From NCBI GenBank assembly GCA_002633005.1, contig NMRA01000140.1:496001-560000 (forward strand): 64,000 nucleotides of DNA, given 5' to 3'. This document shows, in pieces, positions 26,160 through 40,027 of the stretch. Each line of letters begins with the position of its first letter. The first letter of the stretch is position 1. Source of the DNA: Phoronis australis (taxonomy: Eukaryota; Animalia; Phoronida). The translations under genes were made by a program, and so were the position numbers. The notes beneath the pieces were generated by a model that ran no database searches, was not told the DNA's origin, and saw nothing but the letters and a program-made list of their open reading frames with translations.

Positions 26160-26670
26160 TGGATTTATTAATGAAAACAATAACGGTTTTAAAACGGCTT
26201 GACGTGTTTCGGTGTCATTTATTTAAACACCATCATCAGAAGAATGAGAGAGAATATAGTGGCCACCTAGCAAGGCCCAGCAACAAGTGATGAAACACAG
26301 ACACAGTCAGTTACAGGGAGTGACAATAAACTAGACCAACAATGATAACATGTGGTGTGCCAGCTGCATATTGAAATTAAGGCTTGCATCTGTATAGCCT
26401 CCCTCAAACTTATCTTAAAGTGACAAAAATTTCCCCTCCTAGGAAATATCCTCAATCATTTGATCTTTCTTATGTCGCACAGTGACGTTAGTGACAGTCC
26501 TTGAAATTGTGCTGGTGACCAGGGGATTGAGGGGTGGATTTCCTTCTCACTGGGCGAAACTTTGTAACAAGCACTTGAGACAAGGGTGGGTGCCAGGGGT
26601 GAATTTGGTGACGATTAGTGGAGGGTGAAATTTGTTGGGGACTTGGGAGATTCTTTTCTTCGCTCACCTG
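26160..26670 (-). mobile_element. Decayed Penelope-like 3' fragment
   Basis: Faint GIY-YIG-like remnants (PGTHPCLKC; RIFPRRGNFCHFKISLREAIQM) are followed by a hammerhead and then AATAAA on the minus strand. Confidence 0.5.
26198..26242 (-). ncRNA. Minimal type I hammerhead ribozyme with canonical core
   Basis: Minus strand reads cuu-CUGAUGA-u-ggugu(uuaaauaaaug)acacc-GAA-ACACGU-C-aag: all core nucleotides present, GUC cleavage triplet, stem I cuu/aag, stem II 5 bp. Confidence 0.75.
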
Positions 26671-26920
26671 AAAAGTATATGTTTCTTCATGTATGCTGTA
26701 AGCTTTTGAACAAGTTAGCTGTGCCTACAGGTTAAAACCTGTTTTACCATATGCCCCTTTCTTGTGTAGTATCTCAAAGTGAAGTCTGAAGGTGTCTTTA
26801 CAAATACTTTAAACTCAAACACAGTCTTCAGCTCAAACCATCATCATACACTGAGTTTGGGTTTGGTGAACATGCTTAAATGGAAATAAAACACTGATAT
26901 TGTAGCTTTATTGTTTAAGA

Positions 26921-29900
26921 ATGGCTGAGAAGAATACACCACCTGGAACTCCTGAGAAATCACCCACTAACTCACCTAGATTTCCACCTGGTTTTATGGT
27001 AGCTGGTAGGTATTATTGAGCTTCATAACATAAGATCACAAATAGCAGACCTATTATAGGTTTCCATTGTCTGTGGATTTATGTGAACACATATAATTTA
27101 CTCAGCAGATCTCAGTTTGGAGACCTTGAGATTGTCAATGTGACCTCAGATTTTGTTTGGCGACCTGGTAAATCCTGGGTCTCCATGAAGTCGCTACTCC
27201 AAATCTAACCACACTCGCAAAATACTGTGTACATGAAATGAGCGAATAGAAGTCTTAATAGTTCAGTAAAAATCAGAAGTGCCCAATTGCGGTTGTCTGC
27301 CACATGTTGCGTCTGAGAAGGGGATAGTAGTCTCACCATAGAATATAGACAGCAGATTCGCAACTCTGACGTTTTCTTCCATTCTATCCTAGAGGTGGCG
27401 CCACTCTCCTAAGTTATCTGGTTAGTGTATTGTGATGGGCAAATTCTCGCGTCTATTTTACTGATGAAAACAAAATAATGATTTTGGCATTGAAACACAG
27501 TTCAAAATCTTAAACAGTAGAACTGTTTGTATCGCGAGTACTTTCAGCAATGCTACTACCACCCCGACCACACAACAGCCGACCATGATTAGCAAACGAC
27601 GTACTTGCTGGAAATAATACCAGATAATTTGGCCAGGTGTCGCTAGTGAATAATTACGTAGCATTGTGCGAAAGAGCACAGGTTTCGTCAATTGAAAGTA
27701 TGCAGAGTTGGCGGTCCATGTACTATAGTCTTTGGTCTCACGCAAGATAATTGTTATATAGGTGTCTGCCCTGATGGAAATTTGCTGGATTGTCACTTCA
27801 GATATCTCGTTTCATTTTCGGCTCTTGCCATTGAAGTTTTCTACCTCAAAACTCGCTTGGCGACCTGGGAATTTTGCAAGTGTCTTGGTGGCAAATTAAA
27901 GTTAATTAATTGTCTGTGACTTTCTAAAACCACTTTGAGATGGTGACGTAGCAACATCATTTCTTAAGTCTTTAAGTCTGTTTACACCCTCCTTCGGCCT
28001 ATTTAAATTGGCAGGATGTTTCACTCGGTCATTTCTACTTTTGGTGAAACATTTAAGGCTAAAGATTCCTGATCATAATGCTGTAGACACTGATCAAAAC
28101 ATTGTGTCAATATAATTGGTACAGAAGTTGTTGTAAGTAGACCAAAAGGTTTTGGAAATCGGTAGTTTGTGGTTTGTGTTATTCAAATGCATGTTTTACT
28201 GTACATTGTATTGGAATAAGAAGTAATCACTTACCTAGAGACGATTCAATTAGATGCCTCTAGAGAACAATGACCGACTTATTCTCCTGACTGTAGATAG
28301 TTACTAGTTCAATATGAGTTTTATCATTGGATATTTTGACATTGTAAATGAATTACTTATCAGGTGATCGTTACTATACTGTACTTTAAATTTATGTAGA
28401 GTTTTTGATTGATTGCAAACCGTTTCCGATTCAAAGTTTGGTTCTGAATCAGTTTGAGTGCCGTTGTCTCTGAGTAGTGGCAAGGCAGACATTGGCTCAT
28501 GAGAACTTTAATTTTTTTAGCAATAGTAACAGTGGAATCAGTTTTACTGTCGTGGAACCAATTTTGATTCGATGGCTTTCTTTAGTAATAACTTCGGCAA
28601 CTTGTTGCCCAATTGTTGCAACAATAGTTCTTTAAATTAAATGAGTGTTCAGTGTTTCTTCTCTTTAGCGTCTCCACCACGATTTGTCTCCTTCGATCAG
28701 TTGATGTCGTCAGCGGACGGAGTGACCAATATGACTCTAGCACATCAAATTGCTGTTGATGCTGACTTCAAGTTGGAAAAAGTACAACCAGCTGAGTCGA
28801 GGTAATCATTGGACACTGCTGATATAATAGTGAAAGTCCCTTTTTTCGTTATATGTTAACTTTGTATGTCTTTCAGTTTTACTATTTGTTTTTTAAATGA
28901 CTTAGCTCTCTGTTTTAAATGCGTTTTATTGTAAATGTGCGTTAGTTGTTTACAGTTGCTTGTTATAGATTTGATTATTTCACTTATTTTGTAATTTTTA
29001 GTAATTTATTTTATAATGTTGTTGTATTATTCATTTAATTTGCATTTGTTGTTGTATACATAACTCTATCACAGTTGTAATCTTACATTTCTCTTTGTGC
29101 TATCCAACGTTTATTCATTGAGGAGGACACCCAGACTTGTCTAAAAAAGTTATAAATAAATGAAGACCTGCAAAGGCTCTACAGTTTACACAGCGTTTCT
29201 TGTTGCTGTCTGTAAAGTAAATAAAAATGCCAGCGCAAATGTCAGAAAGTAAAGTCTTTGCAGTATAGAGAAGCAAGTTGGGGATGTGATGAGAAAAGCC
29301 TTCTGGGACAGTCTTCAGGAGAAGTTGAGTCAAGATCCACCAGATTACTCACACGCTCTTGTACTGTTGGAGGAAATCAAGGAGGTGTGTTTATAACTCG
29401 GCTTTTGAATTATACAAAATATGGATTAGTCCCGAGGGTGATATCGGGTTATAAGGACCAAGGGTGATATCGGGTTATAAGGACCGAGGGTGATATTGGG
29501 TTATAAGGACCGAGGGCGAGCAATGTTGCCTGAGACCTTCGAAAGCAATATTCCACATCCAGGTCAACGATATGTACCCACTGCTACTGTATTCTCCTGT
29601 TCTCTCAAGATTGTGTCATATAAACTATTTAGTATTATGGTACGGCAGATGTTATCGCACCGCGTTTTAGACAATCGGAGAACTGAAGCATCAATGGCTG
29701 TGTAAAAATATGCTATGTGGCATATACATTCAGCACCAGATGACCATTCTCATACTCCGTTGATATTTATAAAGTGAACCCCTTTTATACAGTCTCTGTA
29801 AATATAAACTGGACCCTTTTATTCAGTTTAAAGCCTTATGGTCTGTAGTTATTCTCAATAGATGGCGATGCCACACAGTCTCTGCATCTTACACGTTGTA

Positions 29901-32900
29901 CTCGTCCGTTTCTTAACATTTTTGTTCTTGAGTCATCTTCAGGGTAAAAAAGTATGAAAATGCAACACAGCATGTTATATATCATATAGAGTGTTTCTTT
30001 TGGGTTTTGAAGAGACCATCATGGCAACTTGCGTGCTTTATATTGAACTCACTTGGAAGCAAATAAGTTTGGCAACCCATGTTCAGAAGTTGATTTGAGA
30101 AATATGATTTAAACTCATGTGCACTTCAAAGCCATTTTCTACACACGAGCCGATATCATCAAGCAAATGTCCTTGACCTTTTTAGAGAAGAATGAATATC
30201 ATTTTGATGCAAGAACACAGTAATGTATTAGTCATAAATCATAATTTATAAACAATTTTGACAGTCAAAATTAGTGACTTTGAAGGATGCAGTTTCAACA
30301 CACCTGATTATTATGTTTATTATGTTTATGAATAGTTCAGAAGACAGGCTCTCTATTGAACTTGCATATTTTTATCTTCAGATTGTTTTGTCGATACTGT
30401 TGCCACAACATCAGCGGCTACGAGCTCAGATCCTTGAAGTATTTGACATGGATCTTATCCGTCAGAAAGTGGAAAACGATGCCTTCGACATCCAGTACTA
30501 CGCAGGCTTTGTTATCTCAGTCATGGAGAGTCTGTGTGCTCCTGCGAGAGATGAACAAGTGGCCGAACTGAAGACTGTTCATGACATTGTACCATTGTAT
30601 CAGTAGGTTGAAGTTATTTCTAAGGCGTGTCTGGGGTGATGTAACCTTTTTGCTGATGCATAGTATTTAACGCCACTCTTTCTCAAAACGTGATTTTGTG
30701 AGATCGTAGAACATGTGCACGTCATTTTAAAAATGTTGTGGAGCTAACCCTTCTGATTGGTTTGTGAGCTGAAAGTTGTCATCGGAAACCAATCAAGTAT
30801 TGTGGATCGTTGACTCTACTGATCCGGCATACTCCTGCAGAGTGAATCGGATGCACCCGTCTATTTGATTCAGGATGGAGGTCATTTATGGCATTTTTAG
30901 TGTGTAACAAATAGGAGACGCGCGCACACACGCACAACCACCCACCCACCCACACACAAACACGTGGTCATCCGTGTCATGTAAAAAGTAATGCATGGTC
31001 TGGCACTCAACGTTAATTCGTGTTTTCAGGGCCATATTTGAAATGTTGGATGTTATGAAGATGGACATGGCCAACTTTACCATTCAACAAATACGGCCAT
31101 ATATTCAGCAGCAGTCGGTAGAGTATGAGAAAAAGAAATTTCAAGCCTTTCTAGAATCTCGGGAATGTAAGTTGTGGCTTTTGTTAAAAGCTGAACCTTT
31201 CATTTCAGAAAATGTTTGCTATTCTTGCATGAGAAGATGCAATAATTCTCTACATGCAAAGTAACTACTAGTAGCTACCAGCATTACCATTTTAGGCTTG
31301 GAGGGGATGCTTAGTCTGCATAGTGGCTTAGAATTTTTCGGTTGTAAATCATTTGTGTCGTTCACTCATAATAGGTCCTTTGAAATTGACATGCATTAGT
31401 GAAAGTAGTTCTTTGTGAAGCCTGATCTTAGTCATGCAACTCTCCAAGTTATAACTGATGACAACTTACCAAAAGGTTTATAGTCTTGGTTGAGAAAAAT
31501 TTGCTTTATTACCCCCTTTGGATTTGATGTGAAGACCCGCGAAACTATATGTTTCAAAATCCTTGATGAGAACAGAATCTTATTTGCTCAGAAATAGTAT
31601 TACTAACCAGGTGTTTATACTCATTATCTCTTAATATAAACTATTTCACAGAGATTGTCGTATTTTCCTCAAACATGAATTTTTTCACATAAAACTTGCA
31701 AATTCTGCTTCAGTAGAAACCACAATCTTCAAAGGTATCAGTTTACTTGCTGCTTTCATTATTTTGGTAGCAACTTTCACTTTGACTGAACCTGTTCACA
31801 TAATAGAAAAACTAATTTTGTGGAGCTGTAATTATCATCTCCCATTGGAATTTGTTCAAAGATTTTAGTCTAAGCTCAGTGAGTATTTTCAAACATTGCC
31901 ATATGAAGTAATTGGTGTAATTTTCTTTTCTAGCCATGGGTGTTGATGGCCTAGAGTTTACCAAAGCCTGGTTGCTCCGATCAGTCGATAAAGCGAGGGA
32001 GAAAACTCCAATTACCATATTGAATGAAGCTTATCTGCAAGTTCTGGATTGGGATGAAAATAATGTGTTCCCTGAAGTGAGTTCCTCATCTTATTTGTGC
32101 TGTTGCTGTAAGATTATTTAGCAACTTTGCAAACTCAGCAAATTGCCAGCCCAACAATGCAGCAGGACAATGCAGAGCCGTTACACAATATGAACCAGTA
32201 TTTCCCAGATTGGCCTGCATGTATGTCAGGTGATGACAACCGTAAGCCACATTTACACGAGGGACAACTGACATGGTGCAGTTAACAGAACACCTGATTG
32301 AGTATATGTTTGTGTGTAAACATGACTGACATGGAACATGTGACTGTGGCAGACAGTTTTTGACACTGGTTTGAGAAGTAGAGTGAGTGGTACTCGATCA
32401 GTTGCTCCAGTTTCAACTACGCGTCTAAACACAACTGGGGCAGGGTGGAAAGGGATCATCTTTCAATGCGCTTTAGCAATGGGGTAAATTGGGGTGATCA
32501 GCTGGCATTCCATGTTGTTTGGACATTCGCTATTGTTTATGCGAGCATGCGCAGACAGTTTTCGTTTAAATGTCTTGTGGTGATTCAATTTGCGATCTAA
32601 TGTCGTGTAAATGCGACTAAACTGGAGCAAGTCGCGCTGTGACAACTGACACGGTGACAACTGTCTCTCATGTAAAAGTGACTATAGAAAAGCAGACGAC
32701 AAAATAGTAATGGCAAAAAATCTGCACATATTTCTGCTACCTTGTTAAAATAATGTTATTTGGTGTATCTCACAGAAGATGTTTTGTTTCTCTATAGTCT
32801 TCATGCTGAGTTATCGGCAATGAAAAATTGATTGATAGGAAAAATTTGTATTGACCCTGGTTATAACATGTAATACCAAATACTGTTATGGACTTCTGCT

Positions 32901-35900
32901 GTGCATAGGAAGCATTAATTGTTTACTCAAGTTAAACGCAAAAATGTGTAACTTCACACCTGCATCCTCAGACTTTTGGAATGATGTGAAAAAAATATGT
33001 CCCTGTTTCAAGCAGAATTTCTTTAACTTCAGAGTAATTTCGAGTGATTGGATACACAAGTGAGTTTACTCCACACTTGATTATTTCAGACACTTCTTAT
33101 GGACCAAGAGAGATTTTTCTTGTTGCAACTAAAGACGGAGTTAAATGTTCTCATCTCGTCAGCTTTATTAATTATCTACAACATAGCAGGGCAGCCCATC
33201 AGCGGCATTGAAGGGTTCAAAGACAAATTGAAAACTGAACTAACTGCCATTCTGGAAGGGGTGAAGAAAAGGTAAAGTACACCTGTTGAGGTATTGAATT
33301 AAAATTACACTAATAGTTGTCGTAATAACTACACTGTCTTGTTTTTAAGAGCTCTAATTTTTGTTTTTTGTCTTTAGCTTCAACTAAGATTCAGTCTTGG
33401 GTTAAGTACTCTTCAAGAGTATTGATGTTCAATGGATATTAGTTTTCAACTAGATGAAGGACTCGATGTTTTAATTATGAATGCAGAAACTTCGAAACAA
33501 GCCAGCTAACATTCTTGGGAGTAGTTTAGATCATGCCAAGAACAAACCTGAGCACGTTGATGTCAATAGAGTGATAAAAAACAGACATTCGCCGCACAAA
33601 TGAAAAAGTTCATATTGATTCAACAATTCGTCTATTCATTAGACATCTTCAGGATACAAGCAATCAGACATCATGTGTTGACATCCGAGTCCGGTTACAT
33701 CCATGAAGTGATTCAGAAATGAGTGCAACAACGACAGGAAGTAATGAAAAGACAAAACAGCAAATTAATATAAGCTTTTTCATTTCTTGCGGCGATTGTC
33801 CGTTTTTTTGATTCTATTATGGCCAAAAATTGATAATAATAACAGTGGATTGATGTTTGTGCCATGGCGACATGCTTTTGAGGCAGTGGATGTGAACACT
33901 CTGGGCAGAGATAGTTCTTGGGTTGAGCAGGGTGTCGTAGAAGTTGTGTGGGTGAAAGCCAAGAATCCCTAACTGATTGGGCATACTAATGTGTCAGATT
34001 TAAGTTGTCAGGCACACGGTCCAGTTGTTTAGGAACACCAGTAGAGGGCGATGCATGCAGTTTTCAGCAGGAGCCAGGCGGAAGAAGTATTACAGTGTTT
34101 TTCCAGAAGTGTTTTAATTGATTGATAAGTTACACATCAGAGCACTGATATGTAGTCTTTTCCAAAGTTGGCTACAAATTTTTGTTTTTAAACAGTTTGT
34201 TGATCACTTTTCGGTGTGTAGAATTTAATCCCAGACTTGAAACAGTTTTGGCTTGGTCTTCAACTTGTTGCTTTCATATTGTCCATTGATGTATTGGTCA
34301 ACAGTTGTCCAACTTCATGTGTGCACAATTGTAGCACACAATTCAAATGTCACTCATAAACGGGGTTTGAAAAACAAAAAAATGCTTGTTGATTTGTCAT
34401 TTTTTGCAAAACTGAGAATAAAACGAATTTCTGAAACTGGCTTGTGATCCTGGATTTCTCAACCTCTTGTTCTTAAAGTGGGCTGTTCCTATGACATTAA
34501 AAACATTGGAAGACCTCAATGGTCATGTGTATGAAAATCTTAACGTACATGAGAGCTTGCCTGGGGAAGTGACTGCTATCAAAGTACACAGACATCCCTC
34601 AAGTGCTGTCTTGTGTTTATAGTGAACTGGAAACTGCCATGCAGGGCGTCCATGAACGTGTGAAGAAGACGTTGAACGAATGTCTTCAGCAACATGGCTT
34701 CCCTGTGTTATCTGACCACCAGGTGGAGTCACTAGGCATACAGCTGACTGAGGTGGTCAACAGGGGGCACCCTGTCCACCAGATTATCAGTAAGTTTCCA
34801 CCTAATAATAAGTTTGTAATATTGAACTCACAGCTGCTATCTACAGCATATGAAAAATATGATATCACTAATTCTTATAGTCTATTTTATACACAAACTT
34901 TGGGTTAATATTGTCACTAAATGATTTGATTATTGCACTACTTCATAACCCCATGGTTCAGCCTCGTTTTGTATAACTTGAGCACTAATTAGGTCAAGCT
35001 GAAATTATAAACTAAAAACTGGAATAACTCAAGTTAGGGAGGGTGTTAGCTCTAGGCTTGGGTTTTTGTTGACAAAATTGCTATTTCTTCACTAATTTTG
35101 AGAATTCAGAAATGCACAGTTTAACTTTTAATTGAAACCTTATCTCATTAAAAAGGGTGTAAGCGCAGGGGCAGATTTTATGCTATAAACGTGGATTTTT
35201 CTTGGGCTTTTGACAGCATTTCACATCAATTTTTTTGGAATAGGCTACAAAAAATAGGAATTCATGGTAGTGTTTTAAAATTGATGAAAAGTATGTATTC
35301 AATGCTCAGAGCGTGGCTTAACTGACTTTTTCAGTAATAATATTGGTATTTGAACGAGTTTGTTGATTACTCAAAAGAATCTTTAAATAACGGAATTTAC
35401 GTAAAATGGGATTGTGCCTCAATTTTGTATGTTGCTATATGCTGATGATATGGTTGGTTGTGCATAGACAGCATTTCAACTACAGCAACTAATGAACATC
35501 TGCACGAATACTGTCAGGATTGGGGTATGAAAGTCAACCTTACAAAATTAAAATTATAATGGTATTTAGAAAAGGTGAACTATTGAGAAAATACGAAAAA
35601 TGGCATTTTAGAAATGACAAAGTTGATGTCGTCTCATCATATAAGTACCTAGGTATTTGCCTTACACCTAAGTTAGTTTGGACGCAAGCTACGGAAACTT
35701 TGTCTCACTATGCACAGAAAGCAATTTTTTCAATTAAACGCTTTCAGTCAAAATGTGGACAGCTTTCACCGAAAATTGCACTTGAGATTTTTGATAAAAT
35801 GGTATACCCAATCATTAGCTATGATAGTGAGACTTGAGGCTTTAAAGAGTATTCTAGTATCAAGTGCGTCCAATTGAAATTCTGTAAGCAACTTCTGGGT

Positions 35901-37433
35901 GTTGGAAGTAACTGTCCAAATCATGCCGTCCTAGGAGAACTGGGAAGGTGTCCAGTTTATGTAAAGCTGTTTGTTAAATTGATCAAGTGTTGGTTTAAAT
36001 TGTTAAAAATGCTAGCATATCGAAATCCAAAATCGGTCTATGACAAGCTTGTCACATTGGATGAGGCTGGTAGGAAAAATTGGGCTTCATCTGTTAGGAA
36101 TTTGCTGCTAGGATATGGTTTTGGATTGGTATGGTACAATCAGGGAGTTGGCTGCGAAGCATCTTTTCTTGTCAATTTTGAGAAACGAATTAAAGATTGT
36201 TTTACAAGACTGAAGCTTTGCTGTGGAGAATAGCTCAAAACTTAAATACGTCATATTCCTCATTTAAAATTGAATTTGAAATGGAATCCTATCTGTTGCA
36301 CGATATTCCATATATCTTTTTAGCAGCTATGTCTAAATTACGTTGCTCCAACCATAACTTGATGATTGAGAAAGGTAGACATGCTCTTATGGACCAAAAA
36401 TACCGTGTGTGTTGTTTCTGTGTGTGTCCCTTATTGAAGATGAATACCATTTCATATGTGTTTGTAAGAAGTACTGTTCTCTGAGAATTGCATTTATACC
36501 CGAGTGGTGCTGGCGTGAACCAAATAAACATAAATTTGTAAAGCTAATGAAAATGTCGGAGCCTATTGCTCAGAACAATTTAATGAAATTTGTATTTCAC
36601 GCCACTGCTCTCAGGGAAAAGCTGCTCAGCATTATCCTGTAAATTTTATGTAACATGTGGACCAAGACCTTAAATGTTGAGAAATGATATGATATATGTT
36701 AAAAGGGATGTTTACAGCACGGGGATTGACTTTTTCTTTTGAGTAATTACTATACTGTAATCCACCATGAACAACATCCCTCAAGGCCAGGCATTTTAGG
36801 ACTTGTGGTTTCAGTGCTGAGAGAACTGCTACAGAAAAGATTGACCTGCTTGAATGATTAGGTCACACAGAACTTATCACATAAATGTCAGAAAATTACG
36901 AATTTTGGATGGATTTTTTGTTGAAAGACCCTTAATACTGATTTTTTGTGCTATCAGGCAATGTTTTTCAATTTTTCTGAGTTTTTGTGTTGTTTCTGGT
37001 ATCGTTCTCAGACAGGCTTGATCTTATCAGTGGTTGCAATTTGCAAGGTCATCTTGTGTTCAGCCGAATCGTTTACTGAGCCACACCATAGGTCAACCCC
37101 ACTCCACCCCAGTAACAATGATGCAAGTGAGGTTGCTTGTTCGTGGAACTTCGATGGCAGTGATGCCCTTTCTCCCCTTCAAGGAATATGTGTTCTGTTT
37201 CAGGGCGCCGCGTATATGGTTTTCTCAGGGATATGATGAGTTGGCGACCCAACACGCCTCAGTTACAGATACCTCCTGGACTTGGAGCCAGCTCTGGTGA
37301 ACTCTCTGCTATTAGCGGACAGTTTTTACGTCTTGTCTCTCACAATCGCGCAGTATTTGGTACTTACTATGCGTCCATTATTAGTAATTTGATATCTGTG
37401 CCAAAGCCCAGTGAGGCTAGTGCAATGCAGTAA
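26921..37433 (+). CDS. TCP11L1: T-complex protein 11-like protein (TCP11/TCP11L1/TCP11L2 family)
   Basis: Phase-compatible GT-AG exons 26921-27005, 28669-28801, 29264-29384, 30382-30602, 31030-31166, 31934-32076, 33090-33271, 34623-34789 and 37204-37433. Motifs include SPPRFVS, NMTLAHQIAV, KAFWD, LCAPARDE, MKMDMANF, SVEYEKKKF, FPETLLMD and FLRLVSHNRAVFGTYY. Assignment to one vertebrate paralogue is uncertain. Confidence 0.92.
29432..29516. repeat. Tandem repeat, ~3.3 x 26 nt
   Basis: Unit ccgagggtgatatcgggttataagga. Confidence 0.9.
32246..32682. mobile_element. Harbinger-like MITE in a TCP11L intron
   Basis: Imperfect TIR gccacatttacacgagggaca versus gtcacttttacatgagagaca; flanks TAA/TAT; subterminal gacaactgaca repeats. 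Confidence 0.55.
33868..33976 (+). pseudogene. Penelope-like GIY-YIG C-terminal relic
   Basis: HAFEAVDVNTLGRDSSWVEQGVVEVVWVKAKNP*L resembles the PLE pattern HxF..V.IL.RE..WFERGVKEAI.....PxLN. Confidence 0.55.
35140..36642 (+). mobile_element. Decayed LINE (L2/CR1-group) RT and C-terminal region in the last TCP11L intron
   Basis: VDFSWAFDSI, LYADDM (about 35436), YKYLGI, KFCKQLLGV, AVLGELGRCP, KLRCSNHNLMIEKGRH, CxxC...EDEYHF...C; multiple frameshifts and stops. Confidence 0.9.
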
Positions 37434-38989
37434 GTTACCTTGTGTCTTCCAGAATTGTCTATTTTCAGTCTGTGTTATTTATTGATGATTACATTCATTT
37501 GATTCAGTCTACTGTTTTGATTTCTTAGAATTAATTCTGTTTGCGTAGAATTTTTAATTACAGGACTTGTTTTTAAGATGTTTTATTGAAGACCAAATTT
37601 AGATGGAATAAAATTTAATTCCATTATTATGTTACATGCTAATTGCCTAGTCCTTGTTAGGGTCTGTCTGTTCTCAGTCTGGAGTGAACCCCAACCAGTG
37701 ACATTTTGAACATTTCAAGCCAGAGCTAAACAACCTTGAATTGACAATGACAAGGTTTTGATGCTTGCTGAGAGCATTATTTAAAGTTTTTGGTAAAGTG
37801 TGTGCTGTTTTTTTTAAGTAAAATAACTGAAAACTGAATCCAGTGGCTTTCAACGCACACAGCATACTATAAGGAAGCGCCATTCTGTGGAAGGTGGTTG
37901 CACGTCAACTGTTTATAGCACTCTCTACTCCCGGTGCATGTGAGCAGTGTTCTATTAGTTTACAACTTGTAGATAATCTGTTGTTTTAGAACTTGCATTG
38001 GTTGAATCTACAAGAAGGCTGTTATCAGTGACTCGTGGAAATTTATTGGACCCCCGAATATCATGTCATCTTGCAAAGGAAATGTGGTCATATCTTCTTG
38101 TTTCTGATCAGTCGGATTTGTCATAATCAGTGCTCAAGTTATTCAGGACCAAGGTTCTGTTTCATGAAGTTTCTTTATGGATTGCAACATAACTGTTTCC
38201 AAAAATAACTCTTACTCACTTCAGCAAAGTGGAATCACTTAAAATTACTCATAATTGCAGATTACTTGGACAATGTGTATCGATTATTCCTAACCTGTGA
38301 TGCGCTAATTCTTAATGGCAAAACTAGGTTGTAATCCTTCAACCCAAGACACTCGCAAGTCTAGCCAGACAACATGTGATCTCGTGCATGGCAATATCTT
38401 GCAGACTCGCGTTTTCGTGAGATTCTTGCAACCGTGCAGTAAGCAATAAAGAGGAGACAGCTTCATACAGAAATTGAAACTCCAGTCTTAAGTTGCTGTT
38501 TGTGAAACAGTTCCCACACTATACGTTAAACTTACCCTGGTGGACTCAGTGCATTGGGAATGAAGTGTGTGCATGGTTCAACTCTTTAATGAAGACTATG
38601 CTGTGATATGATTAATTTTAGTTTATATATTTTACCAACGATTAAACATGTTAATCAGTTCAATGTTTTTGTTCCAAGACAACGGAAGTAAAAATTTCCA
38701 TCTGCAAACAATCGCAAAGAATTTAACCGCAAATGAGAGTTCAGTCACATACTCACTACACCAAACACGCAGGAAATTTGAAACTTCAACCTTGATTTTT
38801 ATAAACAGAGACCAATAACCACAGGTGTAATTCATGATTTGCAACAAAGAGAATGACTACAATATCAATGACTAGAAATAATGTAAAATATAAATAAGAT
38901 TTGTATACTGTATTCTATCCTCAAGTTGACCGACATGATAAATTCACACAGAAACCCCAATAGTGAAACTAACAAAGTAATCATCCTAA

Positions 38990-39556
38990 GGGCTGTTCCA
39001 GCAAAATCTGTGTGGGAGGGGGGGGAAGGCAACTGAAATAAAAAATTATGGGTGGTTGCGTTTGATTTAAATTCAAAATGGCTGGTGGTCGTACTTCAAA
39101 AAAAAATAAAAATTTACAGGTCGTTGTTTCATTGGGTCATAAATGTTTGATGGTGGGTAATTTTAGTAAATTTTGTAAACAATCCGCACAGAATCAAAAA
39201 CTGAAACAAAAATGCAACTTGCAAAAAGCTCCGACTTTTTCACTCCCTCCGATCTCATCGGCATGCCCATAACACCATTTAACCAGAGGTGCTCGAATTT
39301 CTTGCTGGCTAATAACCATATATAAGAAACATGTTTTCTTAGTAATGAATGACGTTAGTGGTGATGGAGGAACAGATAAACTCAAGCGCCTGTGCAGTCA
39401 ACCACAAGAACAAAAAAAAAATTACGGGTGGTTGCATTTCAAACTCATAAAAAATTACTGGTGGTAGGCTGAAGATCAAATAAATGAAAAATATGGGTGG
39501 TGTGTGCAAAAAAAGGTGCCTTCCCCCCTCCCATACAGATTTTACTGGAACAGCCC
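38990..39556. mobile_element. PIF/Harbinger-type MITE
   Basis: About 40-bp TIR gggctgttccagcaaaatctgtgtgggaggggggg(g)aaggca / tgccttcccccctcccatacagattttactggaacagccc, with a 3-bp TAA duplication on both sides. Confidence 0.85.
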
Positions 39557-40027
39557 TAAACTAGTGGGAATGCAAAAATATGACAAAATAAATTCTCTTG
39601 GTATTAAATGATTTCATAAATCTACCGTCACCAAAGTGATTTTTGACATCACCTATTACCAACATATCAAACCAAGATTCTTCACAAACAGTAAATTAAT
39701 CATAAATTGCTTGAAATCTTGTAGGATACTAACAACTTTGAACTTGACTAAATTTTACAAACTTGTGATAGGTGTTACTTCCCCTCTGGTCCTAGTTTTG
39801 CGAAACGAGCTATAAGATATCTCAACTTATGCATGTGGCAACTTATGTGTAAATTGTAGTTTTGACCAGTTAAATGACTTGTCAAATTTTAATGGAAAAC
39901 TAGCAACTTTTCTTCAGTTGCCTTTACATGCATGCCCATTTGCAAGTTGTTTTTTCACATTAACTTGTAGCTCAATGGTATTTGCATTTGAATAGAACGT
40001 CCACAAATCTTTGCATAGTATAAGCAT

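Noticed and set aside
17421-29516. Short tandem arrays (17421-17536, 29432-29516) as CRISPR-like arrays
   Set aside because: The units are contiguous with no unique spacers, there are no cas genes, and the context is eukaryotic.
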